DNA of 63,484 bases, counting the filler, from Octopus bimaculoides (Eukaryota): the NCBI RefSeq assembly GCF_001194135.2. It is 5 parts of 5 records of this genome, joined end to end, with 100 filler letters (N's around TTAATTAATTAA, not from the genome) between each part and the next. Parts side by side here need not be neighbours in the genome. Positions count along the whole stretch, not along the records: positions 20,609 to 43,310 come from NC_068989.1; 4 more parts are not named here. One strand, written 5' to 3'. This document shows positions 25,168 through 36,804 of this stretch, in pieces. A program made the translations under genes and the position numbers. Position 1 is the first letter of the stretch, and each line of letters begins with the position of its first letter. The notes under the pieces are model-generated. The model ran no database searches and was not told the DNA's origin. It saw only the letters and a list, made by a program, of their open reading frames with translations.

Positions 25168-25216
<49 letters not shown>

Positions 25217-25424
25217 GTGTGTATATGTTTGTCCTCCCGACATCGCTTGACAACCGATGCTGGTGTGTTTACGTCCCCGTAACTTAGCGGTTCAGCAAAA
25301 GAGACCGATAGAATGAGTACTAGGCTTCCAAAGAAGAAGTCCTGGGGTTGATTTGCTCAACTAAAGGCGGAGCTCCAGCATGGCCGCAGTCAAAAGACTG
25401 AAACAAGTAAAAGAGTAAAAGAGT
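25029..25424 (+). mobile_element. SINE family A (A box missing)
   Basis: B box GGTTCAGTCCC, CORE-like block, internal (TA)n, tail GAGTAAAAGAGTA. Confidence 0.88.
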
Positions 25425-25597
25425 ATGTACTCAATGCATGATGTGTCACTATTGGGCTCAAGGCCCAATGAAGAGCCCTCGACTGGAGTTAGCTTAAAAG
25501 CCGCCCTATTGGGTGGCTTTTAAGCTAGTAGATAGTCAGGAAGATAGATATGCTTAGCTACATAGACAGACAGTCAAACTGACAAACCAAGTGTTAA

Positions 25598-25645
<48 letters not shown>

Positions 25646-25694
25646 CTAGATAGATAGATAGATAGAGAGGTAGATAGATAGATAGATAGAGAGG

Positions 25695-25751
<57 letters not shown>

Positions 25752-26404
25752 GAGTAGGTAGGAAGGCAGGCATGCCAGCAGATATGTTGATTGGTCAACA
25801 GAAGCATTGATATAAGCATATGCAAATAGATTATGAAGATATTATCAACATACTGAGTTCTTCTTATTATAATGGTATTAAAATTTGAGGAGGATCTTAT
25901 TTCCATTGCATACACTTTTCAGGAACAACACTGACTTTCCAGACAATGATGGTCTGGAACCGCTTGTAATTTGCATTGATTTGTGCATAGGAACTTCAAA
26001 TTCCTGTGGCTGCCAGACTAGTTTACTGGTACTTTACAGTATTAATAAATTTGTATCATTTATACTAATGTACAGGTACCTACATGTCATTTAATTTGTA
26101 GGTAAATTTAATATTTGTTTAATTTAGAGTATGCTGACCAAGATGACCATCTGTAATTTGGAAAGGCTTTGGAATCAAAAGTTCCAGAAAATCAATGATA
26201 TACTTTTATATGTTATAGAGTTCTGAACATACACAATGAGAGGTAATATCTATTCTCACTTAAATATGGATGTTCTGTTTGAACAAACTTAACTGCAGTT
26301 GATACCATGAGAGAAACTCTCATATAGGCTTTTGGTGCAAAATGCATGCTTATTTATATCGGTAGGAAGGGGAGATAAATCCCCGCCATCCCCAGCACTA
26401 AGAC

Positions 26405-26450
26405 TACCAGCTCACGTGATTTTGACCTTCCTTGGTCTCATCAATGATGG
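26405..26450 (-). ncRNA. Type I hammerhead ribozyme, degenerate (inverted copy)
   Basis: Minus: CCATCA TTGATGA GACC AAGGAA GGTC AAAA TCACGTGA GC TGGTAG; perfect stem II and palindromic helix III core. Confidence 0.65.
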
Positions 26451-26832
26451 ACACTCAACCATGGATGGAATGAAGGAAGGTTGAAATCTGATGGTCTGAA
26501 GGTGATCTGAAGGTGATCTGATGGTCTTGGCACTAGAGGTGGTGGGGATTTATCTCCCCACAAATGATTTAACCAAGAGTGCATTTTGCACCAAAAGCCT
26601 ATATAACAGTCTCTCTCATGGTGTCTACCACAGTATAGTCTGTTCCAACAGGACATCCATGTTTAAGTGGGAATAAATATTACCTCTTGGTATTAATACT
26701 GTCTCTGTTGCTAATATATATATTTTTAACAAGCTCACTGGCTAATCACGACACCAGTGACTGTTCTGGGACTGATTTTCTATATATTGCTGGCTGGGAA
26801 ATAAATCTTTGCTACCTCTGGCTGTCGAGTGT

Positions 26833-26879
26833 CCATTGTTGATGAGACTAAGGAAGGTTAAAATCATGTGATCTAGTGA
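26833..26879 (+). ncRNA. Type I hammerhead ribozyme, degenerate
   Basis: CCATTG TTGATGA GACT AAGGAA GGTT AAAA TCATGTGA TC TAGTGA; predicted AUC cleavage after 26873. Confidence 0.62.
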
Positions 26880-27179
26880 TCTTGATGCTGGAGTGGGGAT
26901 TTATCTCCCCACTAGTGATATGAATAGCTGTGCATTTTGAACCAAAACTCTTTGAGAGTTTCACTCATAGTGTCTACCACAGTAAAGTTCGTTCCAACAG
27001 AACATCCATGTTTAAGTGGGAATAAATATTACCACTCAATATTAATACTGCCTCTGTCGTTAATATATATTTTTTAATGAGCTCACTGGCTAATTGCAGC
27101 ACCAATGTCTGTATGACATTGATTTTCTATATATCACTAGCATTGAGATGAATCACTGCTATATCTAGCGGTCGAGCAG

Positions 27180-27226
27180 CCATCATTGATCAGAGCAAGG
27201 AAAGTCAAAAACACATGATCTGGTGG
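27180..27226 (+). ncRNA. Type I hammerhead ribozyme, strongly degenerate
   Basis: CCATCA TTGATCA GAGC AAGGAA AGTC AAAA ACACATGA TC TGGTGG; stem I fully paired. Confidence 0.5.
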
Positions 27227-27980
27227 ACTTGGAGCTGGAGTTGGTAGGGACTTATTTCCCTGCTACTAATATAAACAAGTGTGCATTTTGCACCAAAAGC
27301 AAACATGAGAGTTTCTCTCTTGATATCTACTGCTGTATAGTTTGTTCTAACAGAACATCTGTGTTCATGTGAGAATAAATATTACTTCTTGATATTAATA
27401 TTGCTTCTGTCAATAATACATATACTACTAAATTTTGGACATTAAACAGAAAGCCATACACCAACTCTATTTTAAGACATTATAGAACATTAGGAAAAAT
27501 TTAACAGAATAAACACAATTATTACTCTGCAGAAAACCTCACTACTGCAGCATATTGCTTTAGAAATGATTCCAATAGCCAAATAGAAAGAAACCAAAAG
27601 TCAATATACAATTAATACAATGAGAAAATATAGCTACATTTTTGACAATGTGTGAGGAAATCCCAAATCTGGAAACAGCCAATGGAAAGCAAGGACTGTA
27701 ATATAACATTCTGTTGTAGCTATCTTAAGTTTATTCTATTAATTCTATTGTATTAAACAGAAATCTATTGAACTGAATTAATTCCAAAGGTCAGCAATGC
27801 CCTTAAGGCAATGAAGATTTGCAATCACTAAATAACATTATACACAGTGGATAAATTTTATTCTTATTCCAAAGATATACAAAAGAATGGGGAAATGGGG
27901 AAGAAAAAAATTTTTAAATTGTAAACAAAGATGTCTCTAATTGCTCTTTCTTTTTCTCCATCTCTTTCACTGTCCTGTTC

Positions 27981-28029
<49 letters not shown>

Positions 28030-28221
28030 NNNNNNNNNNNNNNNNNNNNNNNNNNNNNNNNNNNNNNNNNNNNNNNNNNNNNNNNNNNNNNNNNNNNNNN
28101 NNNNNNNNNNNNNNNNNNNNNNNNNNNNNNNNNNNNNNNNNNNNNNNNNNNNNNNNNNNNNNNNNNNNNNNNNNNNNNNNNNNNNNNNNNNNNNNNATAT
28201 ATATATATATATACACGCACA

Positions 28222-28967
28222 CAGGGTGTGGATGGTATTTGAGGACACATGCATTTTCAGTCATTATTTTATTTGACTAATTTTTATTGAACTTCTATTT
28301 CAGAAAATAACAATGGCAGGCCCTATGCTTGCTAATGAAATGAAAAGGCATGCTGTGATTGTAGTTTTGAAGGCTAAGCATAGTAATTTAGAAATTTTCT
28401 GAAAGTTGTTAGCAATGAAGAACATGTGATGCCACCTCACCTTTTCCCACATGGCCTCAGGGTGAATGCTGCTGCATATATTGAGGTTCTTGATAAAGTT
28501 GTTAAGCCTTGGATCAACAATGTATCCAATAGAAGGCTTTATGCCTTTCAACAAGATTCTGCACCATCACACAAGGCTCAAATGACACAAGAATGGATGG
28601 CCAACAATTTGCATGACCACGTCACTTCCAACATTTGGCCTCCTAATTCTCCAGATCTCAATCTACTGGACTACTATGTATAAAGCATCTTTGAGAAAAA
28701 TGTCAATGAATACCCCCATAGTACCAAAGATTTTTTGAAAGCCGCCATAGTTTGAATCATGTCTGGTATGAACAAGGATCACACAATCTGAGCTTATAAA
28801 CTATTTTGTTCATGTGTAGAAGCAATTATTGATGCTTATGGTGATCTTATTGAATGAAATTATTAAATTGATAATTTAGCTTTATATTTATGTTATTTTT
28901 ATAAAAATAGTTTTTTTCTGTTATTATATAAGCGTTTTTTTAAAATCATAAATCTGTCATCAAATAC

Positions 28968-28970
<3 letters not shown>
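28222..28970 (+). mobile_element. Internally deleted DD37D (maT-like) transposon
   Basis: N-terminus MKRHAVIVVLKAKHS joined to VMPPHLFPHGLRVNAAAYIEVL...QQDSAPSH-WPPNSPDLNLLD with 37 residues between the two Asp; partial TIR similarity CAGG...GTATTTGA(G/T)GACA at both ends. Confidence 0.85.
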
Positions 28971-29010
<40 letters not shown>

Positions 29011-29599
29011 NNNNNNNNNNNNNNNNNNNNNNNNNNNNNNNNNNNNNNNNNNNNNNNNNNNNNNNNNNNNNNNNNNNNNNNNNNNNNNNNNNNNNNNNNN
29101 NNNNNNNNNNNNNNNNNNNNNNNNNNNNNNNNNNNNNNNNNNNNNNNNNNNNNNNNNNNNNNNNNNNNNNNNNNNNNNNNNNNNNNNNNNNNNNNNNNNN
29201 NNNNNNNNNNNNNNNNNNNNNNNNNNNNNNNNNNNNNNNNNNNNNNNNNNNNNNNNNNNNNNNNNNNNNNNNNNNNNNNNNNNNNNNNNNNNNNNNNNNN
29301 NNNNNNNNNNNNNNNNNNNNNNNNNNNNNNNNNNNNNNNNNNNNNNNNNNNNNNNNNNNNNNNNNNNNNNNCTTGAAAATTTGCCATGCAATGAAAGCCA
29401 GTTAGAAATCCTTTTTAATCCTCCTTATACACATCTATATTAAAATATGCTTTCAGTTTAGCATTCTACCTTATTATTATTTTTTATTTTCCTATTATTT
29501 CTCCATGTGCGGTTAACACAACCCCACCATTTACTGACTTATATATATATATAAACTTTTAAATCAGTTCAAACATGTTTGGGACATATTTGACCTGTG

Positions 29600-29774
29600 A
29601 AAAGGCAGCCTCCACTGTGGCTTACCAGGCCAGACTCCAAAAGTGGCAGGAATGCTGAGACTGGTGTATTGTTGTGCAAGGTGACTATCTCAAAGGAAAT
29701 GATGTTAAAATTTAGGTAAATAAGTTACTTTTTATTAAACATGATTAGTCCAGGAATCTTTTGATACCACCTCG
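29600..29774 (+). mobile_element. Mariner right end with TIR
   Basis: QKWQEC*DWCIVVQGDYLKGNDVKI* then TAGTCCAGGAATCTTTTGATACCACCTCG|TA; TIR matches the one at 40082. Confidence 0.7.
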
Positions 29775-30914
29775 TATATTTGTGTGTGTGTGTGTATAGT
29801 ATGTAGATAGGGTTATAATCCAAGCTGTGTCTTCTTGAAGTAGATCTAGTTATTCAAATACAACAAAATTATATGTAGATGTTATATTTGTGTAAGGTAT
29901 GCATAAGAGTTGAAAAGTACTGGACAATGATTTTGCTGAGTAATTACATATCAAAAGAAGAAATTAAAAAAATATTCTTGTTTTAAACAATAGATGTCAC
30001 AACACCATTACTTATCTTAGATGCTCTTCGGTAGACTGATAAATACATTTCTAGTTATTTAGCAATCATCAGTACCAGATACTACACAGAGTTGACAACC
30101 CTGAAATAACTTAGAAAGCTACAAGTTCCTTCATAACAATCAGTAAAACCTATTTTCTGACTACATGTGATCAGCCACCAGACTTGAATTGTATATTATG
30201 CACACTAAGCAGTGTTATGAAATGAACAAATTTTAAAACCATTTATCAGTCTACCAGAGGGTGCCCTGAGATGACTTATAGTGTTTTGATATTTGTTGCC
30301 TAAAGCAAGAATTTTCTCCATGAAAAGCTAAAGTGAAAAATGACGTTTTTTTCAGGTGAAATACACACAAACATATTTGAACTGACTTGTATGTATGTGT
30401 GTGTGTCACTGTGACCAAATAGTGTGCATGTGTATAGTGTATGTATGTGGGTGAAAGTTATCTTTGTCTATGTGTACTGCCTGTATGTGTATGTGTGTGT
30501 GTATGTGTATATATAGTCTGTGTTCAGATAGTATGTGCTTGTGTGGAAGTATACATTGTCTGTGGTCAGGTATTATGTGCTTGTGTAGGTGTGGGAGAGT
30601 GCATGATGGTGTGTGGTATGTGTACTGAGTTACACAGTGTGCGGCTGCTCATATAGAGGTATGTGTGGTGATGCTATTGAAGATTGTGTGTACGCGTGGA
30701 TGATGGTGTGTTGTATGTGTGCTGAGAAGTGTGTGTGGAGTGGGACGGTGTTCTGGGTGTGTGTGTAATGGTGTGTGATGTGAATGGGGATCCGTGTGGG
30801 ACTGGGGTAAAATGAAGAGAGGAGGTGAATTGAGCCCATGTGGTGCAAAGGAATGAAGAGAGAAGATTAATTCCTGTTCATGGCAATATATGTGACACAT
30901 AAAAGGCACCCATT

Positions 30915-31101
30915 GCAATGGCATGTAGTAGGCACCCACTAGACTCTTGAAGTAGCTGGCTTTAGGAAAGGAATCCAATCATAAAAACCTAGCCAAATCA
31001 GACTAGAACTTGGTAATGCTCTCCAGCTTATCAGTTGCAGTCAAACTGTCTAACCCATGCCGGCATGGAACGCAAATGCTAAATGATAAGGATAATGATG
31101 A
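30915..31101 (+). mobile_element. Retroposon family H, diverged
   Basis: TAGGAAAGGAATCCAATC ... CTAACCCATGCCGGCATGG ... GAT tail. Confidence 0.55.
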
Positions 31102-31160
31102 CATATACACTTATGTGTATACACATACAAAACAAAACAAACTCACACACACACACAGAT

Positions 31161-31361
31161 ATTTTCTTTTATTTTTTTATTCTTTTACTTGTTTCAGTCA
31201 TTTGACTGCAGCCATGCTGGAGCATCACCTATAGTTGAACAAATTGGCCCCAGAATTTATTCTTTGTAAACCTGGTACTTATTCTATCAGCCTCTTTTGC
31301 CAAACTGCTAATTTACAGGGACTAAACACACCAGGGGGGACAAACACAGGCACACAAATGC

Positions 31362-31425
<64 letters not shown>

Positions 31426-31481
31426 GTATGTATGTATGTATGTACAACGGGCTTCTTTCAGTTTCCATCTACCAAATCCAC
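31161..31481 (-). mobile_element. SINE family A, 5'-truncated
   Basis: Tail and body present, tRNA head absent. Confidence 0.8.
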
Positions 31482-31876
31482 ACACACACACATAAATATA
31501 TATATTTACATATACATATACACTCACATACTTACACTTATACATACATATTCATTCTTACACTCATACATATACACATAAATACATACACACCCACATA
31601 AACACACACACACACACATACATACATACATACATAAATACATACATAAATACATACATACATACATTCGTACATACATTCATACATACATACATAATCA
31701 TACACATAGAAAGATACAAACCTTTTATATATATATTTTAAAACAATTGCATAAAATTTTATGCATTATTGCATATGTTTGTACTTATACACATATATAA
31801 GGACAAATACTTACTCTGAAAAAAAAAATAGATAAATCAAAATTTCTGATATATGTCCATCATATCAAGACTAGCT

Positions 31877-32000
31877 GCACATATGGTTTTGATGTATGTG
31901 CCTGACGTACCCTTATCATACACTAAGTTATGATGGGTATACTGGGCTTTGTATATTTTATCCCAGTGTCACTTTGATGGCATGCACTGCTCTCTCACTC
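31877..32000 (+). mobile_element. Family G 3' fragment ending in (AAT)n
   Basis: ...GGCATGCACTGCTCTCTCACTC-AATAAT, identical terminus to the longer copies. Confidence 0.75.
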
Positions 32001-32060
32001 AATAATAATAATAATAATAATAATAATATTAATAATAATGATAATAATGATAATAATAAT

Positions 32061-32614
32061 TGGCCTGATGCAGTGCCAGACACTGGCTTTCATAGCTTCT
32101 TATCTTAACTGATTGAAAATGTTATCATGTACATATTTTGTCTTGGTATAAAAGATGGGTTATAGCAAATATTCTGCTCAGTACCACTGATTTGCTTGTC
32201 AGTTGCTTGACCTTAACCAGTTGAGCATGTCTCTTGGTGGCTGATGATATGTGCATCTCTGATCCTGAGCAGAAGAAGTCGGGGAGCATCATAGCCATGT
32301 GTTGAGAGGAATTCTTTGGGGTTTGAATAATTTACCTCTGAAAACATAGGTGTTTTATTCAACATCCTTAAACAACCCTTATTCAGGGACCTTTATAGCA
32401 GTATAGGCTACTTGATTTGAAGAAAATTCTAACAGGGCTCTAACTGCAAGGTCATGCGCTGTTTATCTTGATATAAGGCCACGATGTCGTGCACATATGA
32501 ATATGATGCATGCGCTTGGTGTACCCTTATCAGACGGGTAGTTATGATCGTTATAATGGGTTTTGTATATTTTATCCCAGTGTCACTTTGATGGCATGCA
32601 CTGCTCTCTCACTC
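32061..32614 (+). mobile_element. Family G ~550-bp non-coding element flanked by (AAT)n
   Basis: Collinear with 56023-56573 over its full length; no tRNA head and no ORF. Confidence 0.8.
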
Positions 32615-32638
32615 AATAATGATAATGATAATAATAAT

Positions 32639-33087
32639 GATTTCAAATTCCAGCACAAAGCCAGCAATTTTGGGGTAGGGAATAAGTCAATTACATCGAC
32701 TCCAGCGTTCAACTGGTACTTATTTTATCGACACCAAAAGGATGAAAGGCTAGGTTGACCTTGGTGGAATTTGAACTCAGAATGTAAAGACAGACAAAAT
32801 GTCACCAAACATTTTTCCTAGCATGCTAATGATTCTGCCAGCTTGCCATTTTGATAATAATAATAATAATAATAATAAATCCTTTCTACTATAGGCACAA
32901 GGCCTGAAATTTTTTGGTGGGGAGGGGACTAGTCAATTACATAGACCCCAATGTTTTACTGGAACTTGATTTATCAACCCCGAAAGGATGAAAGGCAAAG
33001 TCAGCCTCAGCATAATTGGGACTCAGAACCTAAAAGACATGAAATACTGCTAAGCATTTTGCTCGGCATGCTAACAATTTTGCCAGC
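32639..33087 (-). mobile_element. Two tandem SINE family D copies
   Basis: 32639-32847 and 32879-33087, separated by (AAT)n. Confidence 0.75.
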
Positions 33088-33123
33088 AATATTAATAACG
33101 ATAATAATAATAATAACAATAAT

Positions 33124-33160
<37 letters not shown>

Positions 33161-33184
33161 TAAGAACTTTACAATAAAATTTAT

Positions 33185-33269
33185 ATAAGTCCTTGGTTTG
33201 TTTTTTTCTACTGAAGGCAGTGCTCCAGCATGGCTGCAGTCAAATGACTGAAGCAAGTAAAACAAAGAG
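33185..33269 (+). mobile_element. SINE family A 3' fragment
   Basis: GTGCTCCAGCATGGCTGCAGTCAAATGACTGAAGCAAGTAAAA. Confidence 0.65.
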
Positions 33270-35032
33270 ATATACATATATACACATACATATANNNNNN
33301 NNNNNNNNNNNNNNNNNNNNNNNNNNNNNNNNNNNNNNNNNNNNNNNNNNNNNNNNNNNNNNNNNNNNNNNNNNNNNNNNNNNNNNNNNNNNNNNNNNNN
33401 NNNNNNNNNNNNNNNNNNNNNNNNNNNNNNNNNNNNNNNNNNNNNNNNNNNNNNNNNNNNNNNNNNNNNNNNNNNNNNNNNNNNNNNNNNNNNNNNNNNN
33501 NNNNNNNNNNNNNNNNNNNNNNNNNNNNNNNNNNNNNNNNNNNNNNNNNNNNNNNNNNNNNNNNNNNNNNNNNNNNNNNNNNNNNNNNNNNNNNNNNNNN
33601 NNNNNNNNNNNNNNNNNNNNNNNNNNNNNNNNNNNNNNNNNNNNNNNNNNNNNNNNNNNNNNNNNNNNNNNNNNNNNNNNNNNNNNNNNNNNNNNNNNNN
33701 NNNNNNNNNNNNNNNNNNNNNNNNNNNNNNNNNNNNNNNNNNNNNNNNNNNNNNNNNNNNNNNNNNNNNNNNNNNNNNNNNNNNNNNNNNNNNNNNNNNN
33801 NNNNNNNNNNNNNNNNNNNNNNNNNNNNNNNNNNNNNNNNNNNNNNNNNNNNNNNNNNNNNNNNNNNNNNNNNNNNNNNNNNGTGTGTATTTCTGTGTGC
33901 ACGTGTGTGTGTCTGCGCATATATTTCTATGTGTGTGCTTGTGTGTGTGTATTCGTGTGTGTGTGTGTGTGTGTGTGCGTGTGTGTGTGTGTGTGTGTGT
34001 GCGTGTGTGTGTGTGTGTCAAAGATAGAATTAAAATTTATTTCAAGAAAAAAGTCAGGTCATTGTTATAGTTGTTGAGAGAAATAGGGGGAGAGGGAGTG
34101 AGTGTGTGTATGTGCGCACATATGTGTATGTGTGTGTATGAAAGATAGGTAAACTGTTGTCATGATAGTAACTAATGAGACTTTCACTATATAACAGTCT
34201 ACAATTACAGAAGGTGCGTGCATGATTAACCAATATTTTTATGGGCAGCATAGCAATAAATTAAGACCTAGTTTTACACAAAGTTTAGTTCCCTTTGTAA
34301 TTGGTGCAAATAGGGTTGTGTGATTAAGAGGTTCATTTCACAACCAGCTGGTTTCATGTCTTGTGAGTAAATTTGGTTGGTAGAAACTATGTGGAAGTCT
34401 GCTGTTTATATATTTGTACGTGCGTGTGTGTTGTGTATATGGAGCATGATGCAGTTTTGTGACTTGTTAGATCTTGTCAAAACATCCATCCCTACCAGCA
34501 TGGAAAACAGAAATTAAATGATAATCATGATGATGGAGATGATGACGACAACGACGACGATGATGATGATGATGGTGATGTGTGTATGACTGTGCACGTG
34601 TGCATGTTTTTCTCTATATGTCTTTACACTGTTTGACAGTTGGTGTTGGTTTGTTCACATTCCAGCAACTCAGTGGTTCAGCAATGAAACTAATAGAGTA
34701 AAGACCAAATTTTGCTTTAGATATATGTATTGGTATGTATTGCAAGAAACAGTTAGGTTTCTTTCTCTAACATTTTACATAGTTCAACCTCCAAAGGGTC
34801 TCTGGACTAACATTAGCCAACAGGGTGTGTAGCTTGAAGATTAGGGAGTCTGTATATATCGAGCTGCTACTTCTCTGAAATGAGAGGTTGCAGCTCTAGC
34901 ATTATGGACGTGTAATTTAAATGCTACAGTAAAGAATTGCAATTCAGATTCTTTAAGCCAAGCCAGCTGGCAGAAGACCTAGAAGTAGACAGTGAATGAG
35001 ATGATTAGATAATATTTATACTCTCAGTAAAG

Positions 35033-35243
35033 TGGCAAGCTGACAGAATCATTAGCATGCTGGGAAAAATGCTTAGCAGCATTTCAACCATATTTACATT
35101 CTGGGTTCGAACTCCACCAAGGTTGACTTTGCTTTTCATCAGTTCAGGGTTGATAAATTAAGTACAAGTTGAGTACCAGAGGCTGATGTAATCAACTTAA
35201 CCTCTCCCCTGAAATTGCTGGCCTTGTGCCAAAATTTGAAATC
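35033..35243 (+). mobile_element. SINE family D
   Basis: GCAAGCTGACAGAATCATTAGC ... GGGTTCGAACTCC ... GACTTTGCTTTTCATC ... GGCCTTGTGCCAAAATTTGAAATC. Confidence 0.75.
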
Positions 35244-36271
35244 GATATCTGTAATCTCAGTTGAGCATGCTTGGGAATCCAGCTGGAAAATTTCATGATA
35301 GCTACTTCTGATAGGATCATACAGACCCCAACAACCCACCAAGGAATAGTGGACAGAGAAGATGGATGGATAGATAGATAGCCTTACATTTCACAGCAGA
35401 TTTTCTTTTTCAACCATATTAAGAATCATATCATATTTGCCTGTAATTCACCTACAGCATCTGGTTTAGTAGAAATAAGCAGTCATCTTTTCATGTCCCC
35501 ATAAAATAAAATTGAAACAATTTCCAAATTTAAAAACAAAAATTAATAAACAATGATAATAAACTTTTTAGCTGACATCAATAAGATCAATGCACCAGGT
35601 TTCCAAATGTTCTTAACAGATTAATTCTGTCATCTATAGACCTAATGTTTAAAAAAAAAAGCATTTAAAATCTTGACTCAATGTTTTATTGATGGTTATA
35701 GCATTGCAGATCAAACATTTAATATCAATAATAACAATAACAAAGCTATTGAAATGTTATTTCAGAAATATTTAATTTGAGGATGAATTAAATATTTTTT
35801 TTAAATATTTCAATATCATTTTAATATTTTTTTCTTTTTTCTTTTTTGTGCAATTATTGATTTTTGATGTTTGATCTGCATTGATATGGCCTTGTAAAAT
35901 ACATTGATTTTTGTGCATATTTCACAACATTTCAACATGAGCACTTTATAATGGTCCTGTCTGTCTGTGTGTATGTATGTATGTATGTATGTATGTATGT
36001 ATGTATGCATGTATGTGTGTATGAATTTTCTTTGAGTTTTATTTAAGTTCTTAGGAGAGTTCAAGCCAGTCACCAACAAAATGACAAGACTTCTTGAACT
36101 AAGAGGGTTCCTGGTGTTTGTAAATATGTGGTTGAGTTGGTGTGTTGGTTGAAATATCAATACATACATCAAAGTGTGTGCAGCTATTCACATAAGAATG
36201 TCACAGGGAGCATTTTTGGAATGTCTTACAAATCTTCACTGTGCCACTAACACATTGCATTTATATGTGTA

Positions 36272-36474
36272 TGAGTGGATTTGGTAGACAGAAAACTGAA
36301 AGAAGCCTGTCGTACATATATATGTATATATAAATATATGTATGTATGTATTTATGTATGTATGTATTTGTGTGTCTGTGTTTGTTCCCCCCACCATTGC
36401 TTGACAACCAATGTTGGTGTGTTTAGTCCCTGTAACTTAGCGGTTTGGCAAAAGTGGCTGATAGAATAAGTACC
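36272..36474 (+). mobile_element. SINE family A internal fragment
   Basis: GAGTGGATTTGGTAGAC ... internal microsatellite ... GATAGAATAAGTACC. Confidence 0.75.
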
Positions 36475-36753
36475 TATGCATAACTTTCTACAGGTATACT
36501 GAGTATTTTCCCCAAAGTCTCTGTTTCGGTAGGTCAGTCCAGCCACCCTTGGTACACTCATAGCACTGGGTCAGGAGCTTTTCGCCCAATCACATAATGT
36601 CATTACCTACACTGATGAGTATACACATGATGTTGTCATTTCTTTCTTTATTGTTCAATGTGTGTTATCAAAAATGACTATCATCTAACAATGTGGGGCA
36701 ATCATCATTGTTGTCATATACATACATCATACATACATACATATATACATACA

Positions 36754-36784
<31 letters not shown>

Positions 36785-36804
36785 GCATGTGAAAACATAC
36801 ATTA

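Larger units (their letters stand above)
26185..27420 (+). mobile_element. Retrozyme-like tandem repeat: ~350-bp monomers each with a Type I hammerhead, plus an inverted partial copy
   Basis: Monomers 26519-26873 (355 bp), 26874-27220 (347 bp) and 27221-~27420 (partial); inverted copy ~26185-26460. Each junction carries CCATCA-TTGATGA-GACC-AAGGAA-GGTC-(G/A)AAA-TCACGTGA-TC-TGATGG or variants of it. Confidence 0.75.

Noticed and set aside
26519-27420. CRISPR array, or any CRISPR call for the interspersed repeats
   Set aside because: The units are ~350-bp full duplications without unique spacers, the context is eukaryotic, and there are no cas genes.
27425-27600. Additional R4-like LINE C-terminus (TLQKTSLL...HI)
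   Set aside because: Too degenerate to call with confidence.
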